The notes under the pieces were generated by a model. That model was not told the origin of the DNA. It did not search any database and was given only the letters and a program-made list of their open reading frames with translations. Shown here one piece after another: positions 36,688 through 46,346 of a stretch of DNA of 64,000 nucleotides; position 1 is the stretch's first letter, and each line of letters starts with the position of its first letter. The position numbers and the translations under genes were made by a program. This stretch comes from an uncultured Candidatus Saccharibacteria bacterium (GTDB lineage: Bacteria > Patescibacteriota > Saccharimonadia > Saccharimonadales > Saccharimonadaceae), in assembly GCA_963548945.1 (NCBI GenBank), contig CAUUVR010000003.1, forward strand, positions 30,229 through 94,228. The letters are read 5' to 3'.

Positions 36688-37821
36688 CTAAGGTCGATCT
36701 TCTGGGGAATCTGACTTTCTGTAAACAGTCGCCAGATCTGAGCCAAGAGCACACACTTTACCCGTTTCCAGGACATGCGCACCAACTAATACTGCTATTT
36801 TATCCGCGGCGTCTGCACCAAAATTTTCTACTAAATCATCAAGTACATTCAAGACGCCTGGGTGATGCAAATCCGGAAAAACTTGGCGCAACTCTGCGAG
36901 ACTTCCTTTGACAAGCTCAACCTTCTCTCTGCTAGGCTCAAGGTTTGCTGTTGAACTCAACATATAACCGTCTTGCTGTAACGATTCTGCGCGAGCTTCA
37001 ATCTGCCGAACAGCTCCTTCTATATTGTCTTCAAACATTTTCGCATCGGCGGCGGCTTTTTTGCGCTTTCTCTCGTCTATGATATCTCTTTTGCGCTTTC
37101 TCTCGCGCGCTTGCCGTCGTTTCGTAATTACGTGCTTGGCATCATAAAGAATCCGCGCCAGCCACAACTCGCGATCATCATCGTCTGGCATACCGAAGAA
37201 CCGCTCGCTCCCTAAGACTTTCCCGTAACTTTTCATGTTGTAGTTATTCAGACCTTGAAGTGCAATAGAGCCTTTGATGTTTTCTTCATTAAATCCAAGA
37301 CGCTCCAATATAGTCAGTCTACCTAAAGCCGAGCTTCCCGGCTGAAGAGACCTATATAGAGGACTACCCTCAGGCAATCCGCCTAAAAGTGCTTGATCTT
37401 CAATTTCATGCCTCACCCACCCAGATTGCTCTGCATAGTAGGCTGTCTTACTCACTTTGTCTTCTGGAAATATCTTTCCTTGCCTAATCTCCTTATTTAC
37501 TCGTTCTACTGCTACTTGCTGTCTACGAGCTCCAATAGCCGCTTTTACCTGTAAATCTGCCAATTTTAGTGCTGTTTCATACCCAGGTTCTGCCCGCAAT
37601 TCGTCTGCTTTATCAAAAACAGCCAGCGCCTCCCGCGCTTGCGGATTGAGCTGATCTCTTGGCGGAAGTATAGGATAGACGTCCGGACGAGATGCTTCAA
37701 AATAGGCTCTAACCTCTGGATCTGGTGTAGACCACGGTTCAATTGCGATGAGTTCCGGATAAACACTAACACCTGCTAATGGATTTGATAAAGATGGGGG
37801 GGTAGATTCAATATTTTTCAT
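36688..37821 (-). CDS. Hypothetical protein with charged coiled-coil segment
   Basis: 377-aa ORF; no recognised motif. Confidence 0.75.
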   Translation of the reverse strand: MKNIESTPPSLSNPLAGVSVYPELIAIEPWSTPDPEVRAYFEASRPDVYPILPPRDQLNPQAREALAVFDKADELRAEPGYETALKLADLQVKAAIGARRQQVAVERVNKEIRQGKIFPEDKVSKTAYYAEQSGWVRHEIEDQALLGGLPEGSPLYRSLQPGSSALGRLTILERLGFNEENIKGSIALQGLNNYNMKSYGKVLGSERFFGMPDDDDRELWLARILYDAKHVITKRRQARERKRKRDIIDERKRKKAAADAKMFEDNIEGAVRQIEARAESLQQDGYMLSSTANLEPSREKVELVKGSLAELRQVFPDLHHPGVLNVLDDLVENFGADAADKIAVLVGAHVLETGKVCALGSDLATVYRKSDSPEDRP

Positions 37822-37920
37822 GTTTTAGACTGTAACTAAAAATGGTTAAAATGTCAAATATACGTTACGGCATCCGCTTTTTCCAAGGTTTCTTTTAACC
37901 ATCTCAATTGCAAGTATCAG

Positions 37921-38256
37921 TCAAATCATCACGCCAACTGGCGTAAACGAGGTTAAAATTGCCATCAAAATGAGGGTGACGTACCAGATTTTTCGGTTAA
38001 ATTGGTATTTTTCGATTTTTAAGACTAAGAGCAGTGCGATCAGCAAGCCGGCTGGCACAGCCTGCACGGAAAAGACCCCCATTTCAATCGGATTTTTCAA
38101 CCTAATCCATAAGGCGCTAAGGATCACAAAAGCCACCAATTTAGTAAAAAATGCGCTATCATTCTCGTAAATTTTCTCGCGACCCTTGCGGTTAAACAGC
38201 TCGCTAGATTTTGAACGGTTGCGTGCGTAGGTGTGCGGTCTTTTTTGTTTTGCCAT
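37921..38256 (-). CDS. Hypothetical 3-TM membrane protein
   Basis: Basic N-terminus then three hydrophobic helices. Confidence 0.75.
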   Translation of the reverse strand: MAKQKRPHTYARNRSKSSELFNRKGREKIYENDSAFFTKLVAFVILSALWIRLKNPIEMGVFSVQAVPAGLLIALLLVLKIEKYQFNRKIWYVTLILMAILTSFTPVGVMI

Positions 38257-38280
38257 AAACTTGGTAGGATTATAGCATAA

Positions 38281-38310
38281 AAAATCCGCCCCGTTCAAGA
38301 GGCGGAAATT
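38281..38310 (-). terminator. Terminator after rpsJ
   Basis: TCCGCC-loop-GGCGGA plus T-tract on the minus strand. Confidence 0.65.
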
Positions 38311-38325
38311 TCTAATGTGTTAAAA

Positions 38326-38643
38326 TTACATACGAATTTCAGCGTCAACGCCAGCTGGCAAGTTCAAGTTCTGCAAGCTGTCGATAGTCTTTGGTGTGGC
38401 GTTAGTAATGTCAATCAGACGCTTGTGAACGCGGCGCTCGTAGGTCTCACCACCCATTTTGTACACGTGTGGGCTTTTTACCACTGTGTAGGTGCTGCGG
38501 CGAGTTGGTAGCGGCACTGGGCCAGCAACGTTCGCGCCGGTGCGAATTGCAGTGTCAATGATTTGCTTCGCTGATTGGTCGATAACCTTATGGTCGTACG
38601 CCTTCAACCGAATGCGGATTTTAATTCCTGTATCTTGAGCCAT
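38326..38643 (-). CDS. rpsJ: 30S ribosomal protein S10
   Basis: [29 protein letters not shown]. Confidence 0.98.
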   Translation of the reverse strand: MAQDTGIKIRIRLKAYDHKVIDQSAKQIIDTAIRTGANVAGPVPLPTRRSTYTVVKSPHVYKMGGETYERRVHKRLIDITNATPKTIDSLQNLNLPAGVDAEIRM

Positions 38644-38768
38644 AGCTCCTCCTTTGTGCGACCCCGTAACCTCTGCTCGCATCGCGGATATTATTTCCTA
38701 ACGGCTGGCCGAGTTCTCGGGGCAATTTAATAATACTTGATAATTGTACCACGATGTCTGGTGTATGA

Positions 38769-39389
38769 CTAGTCCAGAATCACTGGATTTGCCGCGACCC
38801 ATTGACGCCACTGAGCAGCGTCTTCGATAGGCGGTCGATAACCCACAGCTTCACCCAACTGGCTTGCCGCCAAAATACAAGCTGCGATGTAATCAGCATT
38901 AGCTTCACGATCAGACTGGATATATGCTTGGTACTGCTCAGGTGTATAGTCCATCGGTAGCGGCACGATGGTATTGTCTATTTCGCCGAAAGCCCGCATC
39001 ACCCTATAGTCAAGCTGGATTATGTGGCCCAACTCATGGCAAAATGCTACCAACCCAACAACACGACGACCAGTCCTTTCATTTTCAAGGTACTCGCGCG
39101 GTATGCCCAGCCGAGACGACATCCGTGCTATAAGATTCGGACTGGCAAGCGTTTCTTGCATGCCAATAACAATCATCGGAACTTTTTCGCCATCCTGCTC
39201 GCCTTCGCCACCCCTGAAATCGCCGCTATCTTCTTTAATAACAACTCGCATTTCCTCCAGTGTGCGAGCCGGAAACAGATTCAAAGCGGTTTGATACATA
39301 TCAGCGATCAGCGGGCTGACATGCTCTCCAAGCGCTTTAGCCATTGATTCTCGCTTCTCTCTGCGTGATATATGCGGCAACTTTTCCAT
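38769..39389 (-). CDS. Hypothetical HExxH zinc-metalloprotease-like protein
   Basis: FCHELGH with downstream EANAD. Confidence 0.6.
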   Translation of the reverse strand: MEKLPHISRREKRESMAKALGEHVSPLIADMYQTALNLFPARTLEEMRVVIKEDSGDFRGGEGEQDGEKVPMIVIGMQETLASPNLIARMSSRLGIPREYLENERTGRRVVGLVAFCHELGHIIQLDYRVMRAFGEIDNTIVPLPMDYTPEQYQAYIQSDREANADYIAACILAASQLGEAVGYRPPIEDAAQWRQWVAANPVILD

Positions 39390-39451
39390 AGCTGTTCAAA
39401 TATACTATAGATAATATATTTTGTCAAACAACAGCACTTGTACGGATTTTG

Positions 39452-40375
39452 CTACAAACTGCGGATTATCTCAGATACGACTTCGGCTGAGTGTGCCAAC
39501 AGTTCTTTTTCACGGTCGGTTAGCGGATAACCGGCCAGAATATTCACGCCGTCTGACGAAATAGCGGATGGCAAGCCTAGAACAACGTTGTCAAGTCCGT
39601 ATTCGCCCTCAGCTAGTGAGCAAACTGGATAAATAGTGTGGGTTGATTGCCTAAGCGCAGAGACGATTTTCGAGATAACAAAACCAATGGCAAAATAGGT
39701 TGATTTCTTGGTTTCGATAACTTTATAGGCGCGGTCGCGGATTTTTTGCTCAATATTATCCACAATTTCCTCTTGAAAACCTGGGTAATCGCGCAGCGGT
39801 ACCTCGCCAATTTGCGCTGTCTCAATAGTCGAAAACGACGAATCGCCGTGCTCGCCGAGAATGTAGGCGTCGACATCGCGGGTATTGACATTCAATAAAT
39901 CTGCCAAATGCGATTTTAGGCGCGCTGTATCTAGGGTTGTTCCGGTACCCATCACACGATTTTTCGGCAATCCCGATTCTTTCAACGCCACATAGGTCAA
40001 TACATCAACCGGATTACTGACGACGACCAGATACGGTTTAGCGCCAGCCGCCATAATGTTTTTCACGATATCACGCATAATGTTAGCATTGACGCCAACC
40101 AATTCCAGCCGCGTCTGTCCTGGCATTTGCGGCGAGCCAGCAGTGATTACCACGATGTCATCAGTAGCGATATCGCTATAATCACCGGCGCGCACCTCGA
40201 CATTACGGTCAAGTCCCATGGCATCGTTAATATCTGCTGCCTGGCCCCAAACCAAATCCGCATTACGGTCAATCAGCACGATCTCCTCAACCACACTGCG
40301 CAGCGCACACGCATACGCTGCTGTTGCGCCAACCATTCCGCCGCCGCCAACAATCACCAATTTCTGTTTATTCAC
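39452..40375 (-). CDS. ldh: L-lactate dehydrogenase (LDH/MDH family)
   Basis: GGGGMVG, ITAGSPQMPGQTRLEL (Gln specificity residue), NPVD, GTTLDTAR and GEHGDS motifs; GTG start after AAGGAG. Confidence 0.9.
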   Translation of the reverse strand: MNKQKLVIVGGGGMVGATAAYACALRSVVEEIVLIDRNADLVWGQAADINDAMGLDRNVEVRAGDYSDIATDDIVVITAGSPQMPGQTRLELVGVNANIMRDIVKNIMAAGAKPYLVVVSNPVDVLTYVALKESGLPKNRVMGTGTTLDTARLKSHLADLLNVNTRDVDAYILGEHGDSSFSTIETAQIGEVPLRDYPGFQEEIVDNIEQKIRDRAYKVIETKKSTYFAIGFVISKIVSALRQSTHTIYPVCSLAEGEYGLDNVVLGLPSAISSDGVNILAGYPLTDREKELLAHSAEVVSEIIRSL

Positions 40376-40469
40376 CAAAATCTCCTTTTGATTTTTATGA
40401 TATTCGCTTAGTTTATTTTGGCATAAGCTGTAACGAATTGTCAAGATTTTTACTTTTTTACAAATAGTG

Positions 40470-40547
40470 TATAATCCGGGGTAACTAGATCGAGGTGGTC
40501 TAGAGAACATCATAATTGTCCGACAGCGGACGAAAGGGGTTAACATT
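40470..40547 (+). promoter_or_regulatory. Two-hairpin leader motif, copy 1
   Basis: TATAAT-N6-TAACTAGATC-GAGGT-GGTCTAG ... GTCCG-ACAG-CGGACG, then SD. Confidence 0.55.
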
Positions 40548-41138
40548 ATGGCAAGCGGTGAAAAACCTTCATGGGGAGACAACTTCTTAGAAAAATTTAA
40601 AAGAAGTCCGTTAGCTAGAGTAATTGGTGCAGTGGCGATAGTTGCATCAGCTGCTGGCTTGGCAGCTGGATGCGAAAGCACTGCTGCTAGCGGAGGCTCG
40701 GGTTCGCGATCTGTCAATAATGTTATTGAACAATCAACGACTGGCAGCCCGGAGGACGGATGGGCAGGACATTGCAACCTTGACGAAGACGGAATGGGAC
40801 GCTGCTATGTAAGCGTTTGCGATGGAAGCACGCTTGTTAGTTTTGAAAGCGGTTATACAGCTAGATACAGCAGCAGTGATACTGACGAAAAACTCATCAA
40901 CAGCGAACTTATCGGTGATTCGTTTACTAAGGACAGCGAGATACCAAACTCTAATGAATGTCTAAACCCAACGTACGGATTTAAAGTAACAGAAGAAGGT
41001 AATCTGTTAGACGAAAGTGTGTTAATATTTGATGATTTAGCTTTAGTTGATAACAGGTTTACTATTAAAAAGCAGGACTATAAAAAAGAAGGCCTCCCTA
41101 CATCTTATATAATTTACCGCGAAAGCGAAGTAGACTAA
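40548..41138 (+). CDS. Orphan putative lipoprotein, Cys-containing
   Basis: Hydrophobic stretch ending LAAG-C; Ser/Gly linker. Confidence 0.75.
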   Translation: MASGEKPSWGDNFLEKFKRSPLARVIGAVAIVASAAGLAAGCESTAASGGSGSRSVNNVIEQSTTGSPEDGWAGHCNLDEDGMGRCYVSVCDGSTLVSFESGYTARYSSSDTDEKLINSELIGDSFTKDSEIPNSNECLNPTYGFKVTEEGNLLDESVLIFDDLALVDNRFTIKKQDYKKEGLPTSYIIYRESEVD

Positions 41139-41215
41139 AACTCACCTGAAAGCAACTACAACATAGACACTTTACCTTGGCTGTCCGCAAAGCAATAAAC
41201 TTACCTCCCCACTAT

Positions 41216-41244
41216 AAAAATCCCCCGGTATAATCCGGGGGATT
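41216..41244. terminator. Terminator between converging lipoprotein and tuf genes
   Basis: AAATCCCCCGG-tataat-CCGGGGGATTT. Confidence 0.8.
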
Positions 41245-41266
41245 TCATTAGGTTTGCGGCGCGAGA

Positions 41267-42451
41267 TTACTTATCAATCTTCGTCACAACACCAGCACCA
41301 ACGGTACGGCCGCCTTCGCGGATAGCAAAGTTCAAACCTTGCTCCATAGCGATTGGGGCGAGCAACTTAACCTTGAAGGTTACGGTGTCGCCTGGCATAA
41401 CCATTTCTTTGTCAGCTGGCAGCTCAACTTCACCCGTCACGTCAGTGGTGCGGAAGTAGAACTGCGGCTTGTAACCCTTGGAGAATGGAGTGTGGCGACC
41501 GCCTTCTTCCTTCTTCAAGATGTATACTTCAGCTTCAAATTCAGTGTGTGGGGTAATTGTACCCGGCTTGCACAAAACCTGGCCGCGCTCAATGTCAGTA
41601 CGCTCAATACCGCGCAGCAAGACACCAGCGTTGTCGCCTGCCTGACCTTGGTCGAGAGATTTCTTAAATGCCTCGATACCAGTCACCACTGACTTCTGAG
41701 TTGGCTTCAAACCAACGATTTCAACTTCGTCGTTCAATTTAACAACACCCTGCTCAATACGACCAGTTGCCACAGTACCGCGACCCTTGATCGAGAAGAC
41801 ATCCTCAATTGGCATCAAGAATGGCTTATCCAGATCACGCTTCGGCTCTGGGATGTATTCATCCATAGCCTCGACTAGTTCCATGATGGAATCTTCGTAC
41901 TTCTCGTCGCCTTCCAATGCCTTAAGAGCTGAGCCCTTGATAATTGGAGCATTCTCGTCAAAGCCGTTCTTAGCAAGCAGCTCGCGAACTTCTTCTTCGA
42001 TCAGCTCAACCATATCTGCGTCAGCCATGTCCATCTTGTTAAGGAAGACAACGATCTTTGGCACGCCAACCTGCTTTGCTAGCAGCACGTGCTCGCGAGT
42101 TTGCGGCATTGGGCCGTCGGTTGCAGCAATCACCAAGATTGCGCCGTCAACCTGGGCAGCACCAGTGATCATATTCTTGACGTAGTCAGCGTGGCCTGGC
42201 ATGTCAACATGCGCATAGTGGCGCTTTGGCGACTCGTATTCTTGGTGCGAAGCAGCGATCGTAATACCGCGCTGGCGCTCTTCCGGAGCATTGTCAATCT
42301 GATTGTACGCAACGGGTTTGTTAACTGCGCTTGGGAGGCGCTTTGCCAACACTGCGGTAATTGCAGCAGTCAGCGTCGTCTTACCGTGGTCAACGTGGCC
42401 CATTGTACCCACGTTAACGTGCGGTTTGCTTCGGTCAAATGCATCTGCCAT
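41267..42451 (-). CDS. tuf: Elongation factor Tu
   Basis: [26 protein letters not shown] and REGGRTVG motifs. Confidence 0.99.
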   Translation of the reverse strand: MADAFDRSKPHVNVGTMGHVDHGKTTLTAAITAVLAKRLPSAVNKPVAYNQIDNAPEERQRGITIAASHQEYESPKRHYAHVDMPGHADYVKNMITGAAQVDGAILVIAATDGPMPQTREHVLLAKQVGVPKIVVFLNKMDMADADMVELIEEEVRELLAKNGFDENAPIIKGSALKALEGDEKYEDSIMELVEAMDEYIPEPKRDLDKPFLMPIEDVFSIKGRGTVATGRIEQGVVKLNDEVEIVGLKPTQKSVVTGIEAFKKSLDQGQAGDNAGVLLRGIERTDIERGQVLCKPGTITPHTEFEAEVYILKKEEGGRHTPFSKGYKPQFYFRTTDVTGEVELPADKEMVMPGDTVTFKVKLLAPIAMEQGLNFAIREGGRTVGAGVVTKIDK

Positions 42452-42592
42452 TTGTAGAAGTTCTCCTTTATTTAATTATATTTTCACGCGGGTACAGTCC
42501 ATTAAACAGACCTCACGGCGTATGCGTTTAATTATAGCGAATAACCGAATAATTGTAAATAACGGTTAGGTAATTTAATTGTGAAAATTGTT

Positions 42593-43243
42593 TTATTGAG
42601 AGTTATTTTTTCTCGTAAAATAGCATCCGCCCCTTATTGCATTCCGTTTTACTGTCGTGTCTGTTTTGTTCGTTTCAGCATAAACCTCTGCTTCTCCGTC
42701 CTTATATTTTACACATGACATAACACCTTTTTCATTGCTATCGTTTTCTATATAAGTACCCCATCCGCTACTATTGTCAGGATGAGATCCTATGCAGGTC
42801 GGGTCATTAACGGAAACAAGATTTTCATCTGTTGTAATCTTAAACGAATTCAATGTATCATCTTCCGGCTTATTATATTTGTACAAGTCGTCTCCAATAC
42901 AAACAGTCAGAACACCATCAACGACAGCAAGACCTTCTCTTGGATCAGTGCGGGTTTCCGTTGTAGCTTCAACTTTCTCCCATTTGTTATTATCATGATT
43001 ATGGTGATTCACGCCTGGCGCCGCTTCATTGCCGTTGTTTACCTCCGTCGATGTGTCGCCATCGTTTACGCTAGTAGAAACCTCGCTGCCGCTGTTTGAG
43101 CCAGTTGTGTTTGTCGTTTCGCAGGCGGAAAGAGACAATGCCAGCGCAAAAGCCCCACTCAAAGCAATTACTCGCTCTGACACACTTCCTAATAGCGAAG
43201 ACTTTTTTTCTGGCGTACCAAAATATCCTTCTCTACTACCCAT
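42593..43243 (-). CDS. Orphan putative lipoprotein, Cys-containing
   Basis: LSA-C lipobox; Thr/Ser/Asn linker. Confidence 0.78.
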   Translation of the reverse strand: MGSREGYFGTPEKKSSLLGSVSERVIALSGAFALALSLSACETTNTTGSNSGSEVSTSVNDGDTSTEVNNGNEAAPGVNHHNHDNNKWEKVEATTETRTDPREGLAVVDGVLTVCIGDDLYKYNKPEDDTLNSFKITTDENLVSVNDPTCIGSHPDNSSGWGTYIENDSNEKGVMSCVKYKDGEAEVYAETNKTDTTVKRNAIRGGCYFTRKNNSQ

Positions 43244-43321
43244 ATTGTTCCTCCTATTCCGTCCGCTTCGGACTTGTTAATACTACGAACCAAACACCTC
43301 TGTTTAGTTAGGTAAATTGTA
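43244..43321 (-). promoter_or_regulatory. Two-hairpin leader motif, copy 2
   Basis: TACAAT-N5-TAACTAAACA-GAGG-TGTTTGGTT ... GTCCG-AAG-CGGACG, then AGGAGG. Confidence 0.55.
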
Positions 43322-43360
43322 TTATTTTATATATCAGAAGTAAAGCATTATGGGCTAATT

Positions 43361-44572
43361 TTATGATTTTGCATAATATTTATGAAGAAACGCCTCGCGA
43401 AATTCGTAAAATGTCCCGTCCTCCAGGCTAGCGCGAATGTCATCAACCAATTTGACGATAAATCGTTCATTGTGAATCGACAGCAGCGTACCAGCCAGAG
43501 ATTCGCGGGCGTGGAGTAAATGACAGAGATAGGCGGCGGTGTAATGGCGGCACGTATAACAGTCACAACCATCCATAATTGGTTCAAACAGTTCGCGGTA
43601 TTTTTGGCCGCGAACATTGATCCGCCCAAACGGCGTATAGGCCGCGCCGTTTCTAGCCACGCGCGTCGGGCTGACACAGTCAAAGGTGTCAATTCCCTGC
43701 TCAATCGCCGCAAAGATGTCATCCGGCTCGGAGATGCCGAGCAAATGCCGCGGCTTGTTCTCGGGCAAGATCTGATTAACCCACTGAATCGTCTGCGCCA
43801 TGGTTTCCTTTTCCAGCGCGCCGCCAATGCCGTAGCCGTCAAAATCCATTGCACCTAAAAATTCAGCCGTTTGCTTGCGTAAATCTTCATAATTTGCGCC
43901 TTGCAGCACGCCAAACAACGCTTGATATGGCTTGTCGGGACGAGCTTCACGCAGACGTTTAACTTCCGCCAAACTCCGCTCCGCCCACGCATGCGTCCGC
44001 GCCAATGCCTCCACCTGATAATCATATGGATCAATTAGCGAGGTCAGCTCGTCAAAAGCAAAGGTGATGTCGGCGCCAATGCCCGCCTGAATTTGCATGG
44101 ATAGTTCTGGCGTAAATTTATGATACGAGCCGTCCAGGTGCGATTTGAACATTACGCCGTTTTCGTCCACCCAAGCGTGGCGCGACGATTTTTTAGCGAT
44201 GGCGATTTCCTCATCAACATCGGTACTCATAGCCAATACTTTCTTAAAACCCGAGCCCAGACTTAGCACCTGAAAGCCGCCGCTATCAGTAAATGTCGGC
44301 CCCGACCAATTCATAAACTTGCCCAAATAACCAGCCTTCTCGATCAGTTCATGACCCGGCTGCAAATACAGATGATAGGCGTTCGCTAATACCGCTTGTG
44401 CACCAACCGACTCAACCATTTCTGGCACCATGGCTTTAACGTTAGCCTTAGTGCCTACCACGATAAACGCTGGTGTTTTAATATCGCCGTGCGGCGTGTG
44501 GATAACGCCAGTGCGCGCCAGTGTCTTATCTAGCCGCGAAGTTATTTCAAAAGAAAACGGTTTTTGTTGCAT
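43361..44572 (-). CDS. tgt: tRNA-guanine transglycosylase
   Basis: TPHG.I.TPAF, NAYHL, TDSGGFQV, DTFDCV.PTR and CDCYTC motifs. Confidence 0.96.
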   Translation of the reverse strand: MQQKPFSFEITSRLDKTLARTGVIHTPHGDIKTPAFIVVGTKANVKAMVPEMVESVGAQAVLANAYHLYLQPGHELIEKAGYLGKFMNWSGPTFTDSGGFQVLSLGSGFKKVLAMSTDVDEEIAIAKKSSRHAWVDENGVMFKSHLDGSYHKFTPELSMQIQAGIGADITFAFDELTSLIDPYDYQVEALARTHAWAERSLAEVKRLREARPDKPYQALFGVLQGANYEDLRKQTAEFLGAMDFDGYGIGGALEKETMAQTIQWVNQILPENKPRHLLGISEPDDIFAAIEQGIDTFDCVSPTRVARNGAAYTPFGRINVRGQKYRELFEPIMDGCDCYTCRHYTAAYLCHLLHARESLAGTLLSIHNERFIVKLVDDIRASLEDGTFYEFREAFLHKYYAKS

Positions 44573-44588
44573 AATCTGTCTGATTATA

Positions 44589-46277
44589 TCATGAAATGTC
44601 CTGAGGGTTGCCTCGCGACAGGCCAATAATATCCCGGGCGCGTACCAGGTAAAACATATCGTCTGCACGGTTACCGACCATCAAAACTGGCTCGCCAAAA
44701 CTAAGCGGCAAATCTGCAGCCTTCCGAAGTCGCCCATCCAAACCCAGCGGATTGTTCAGTTCTGGATTCCACGCCGCCAGTCGATCCGCCCGCAACGTAA
44801 ACGGCTCAGTGCTCTTGCCGCCACCTGCTTCCTGCAATGGAACATCGCTCCACGAAACAACATTCAGCAAACTGCCCGGCAGACAGCGATACGCCATGAC
44901 CGTGCATTCGCCATTGAACTCTCGCGGCTCATTGATTGCCGCTAAGACGTTATGCGCTTCATCGTCATATTGCTTTACTATCTCAAGCTGATCCGCCAAG
45001 GAAAAGCCGTAAAAAGCATCGCTCTCAAACAGTTCGCCCGCATCCTGAGCAATGTCGTGCAGAGATGTCACGGCAAACTCTAGGTCTTGAGCATCATCAT
45101 TCAAGTTCTCAAACCGCAGCAATTTGTCGCGGCTTGGCATGGCATACACGCTCCGCGACGAATCGCTAGACTGATCAGACACCGCAACTTCAAGCACTGC
45201 ATGAATTGCTCCGCCATACTTCACAAAGTTCACTCCGTTAACGCATGCTCTGTCGCTGTCGATAAACTCGAGTTTCAAACTGTTGTCCGTATCGCTCGGC
45301 GCCAATACAAAACCAGACAAGCTGACAGCATTAAGCTCAGTATTCGGCAAAGCAGCGCTCAACGTCCGCACATGCTCGCGCAGCGTATCCGAAAAACTTG
45401 ATTCATCCGCGTAAGAAAGATCAGTCGCTAATCTCCACGCTAGTCGCTGAAAATCCTCAGTAAAAACCGTTTCAAACAAATCAGCGCCATTATCAACATG
45501 CCTTTCGTCAATTGGCAGAATATCCAGCACGTCTTTCACGTCAACGCGAAACAGCACCGACTGATCATCTTTATCAAATATCTCCAGAACCGGACGATTG
45601 CCACTCCACACAAAGGTCGGCAGGTCGCCGAAAAGAACTTGCCCGTCTGCGTTAACATCAACGCCATATTTATTGGCGCCAACTCTTCGACTGTATGCTT
45701 TGCATTCCAATCTTACTCCAGTGCCATATGCTATCTCGCTCAATACAGTGTTCAAATCGTTTATCAGCTCTTGCCGTGACGCAGCATCTTGAATATCATT
45801 CTCCTCGACAGTTTCTTCGGTCTTATCAACATAATGGCGAAGTTTGCGAATGTAGCGCGGCACATCGCTTGAGTCTGGCAATAATTCTGCAGCCGCAATC
45901 GCCTGTCGATCCAGCGGGAAATAATGATCCACTGTTGCGCCGCCTCGTATAGTACGCACACACAAAGCTGCCATCTCTTTGGTGTGGGTCGCAAAAGGCG
46001 CTGGATGCTCAGGATCAATCTCCAGAGACACTACCATGTCTGCCACGCCTTCGGCAGCGCATAATTCGTATGAGCCATCGGCAATTTGACTATAGCCAAC
46101 GACTCTGACCCGTTCGCCTTCAATTTCATCAGTGCGCATGACTCGCTCCACATCGCCCAGGGCTGCGGCTTCTTCTTCGGCGCCAAGCTGCATGTTCGCC
46201 ATGGCGATTTCTTCCCAATCGCCCGCCGACATTCGACCAAGTAAATCAACACCTATCTCAACCTTTGGTAATTCCAT
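44589..46277 (-). CDS. Large acidic hypothetical protein
   Basis: Long ORF; probable start MELPKVE at 46277, 6 nt after a TACGAT box. Confidence 0.75.
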   Translation of the reverse strand: MELPKVEIGVDLLGRMSAGDWEEIAMANMQLGAEEEAAALGDVERVMRTDEIEGERVRVVGYSQIADGSYELCAAEGVADMVVSLEIDPEHPAPFATHTKEMAALCVRTIRGGATVDHYFPLDRQAIAAAELLPDSSDVPRYIRKLRHYVDKTEETVEENDIQDAASRQELINDLNTVLSEIAYGTGVRLECKAYSRRVGANKYGVDVNADGQVLFGDLPTFVWSGNRPVLEIFDKDDQSVLFRVDVKDVLDILPIDERHVDNGADLFETVFTEDFQRLAWRLATDLSYADESSFSDTLREHVRTLSAALPNTELNAVSLSGFVLAPSDTDNSLKLEFIDSDRACVNGVNFVKYGGAIHAVLEVAVSDQSSDSSRSVYAMPSRDKLLRFENLNDDAQDLEFAVTSLHDIAQDAGELFESDAFYGFSLADQLEIVKQYDDEAHNVLAAINEPREFNGECTVMAYRCLPGSLLNVVSWSDVPLQEAGGGKSTEPFTLRADRLAAWNPELNNPLGLDGRLRKAADLPLSFGEPVLMVGNRADDMFYLVRARDIIGLSRGNPQDIS

Positions 46278-46346
46278 ATGTGTATCGTATATTGCAATAT
46301 GGCGAACTTCAAGCATAATCACCATGATGTGCGGTATACTATAACC

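Noticed and set aside
40518..40536. GTCC...GGACGAAA resembling hammerhead ribozyme stem II
   Set aside because: No upstream CTGANGA core and no stems I/III; the second copy lacks GAAA.
39452..40777. 441-aa ORF suggesting an N-terminally extended LDH
   Set aside because: The extension is antisense to the lipoprotein gene; a GTG with an AAGGAG SD at 40375 gives a normal-length LDH.
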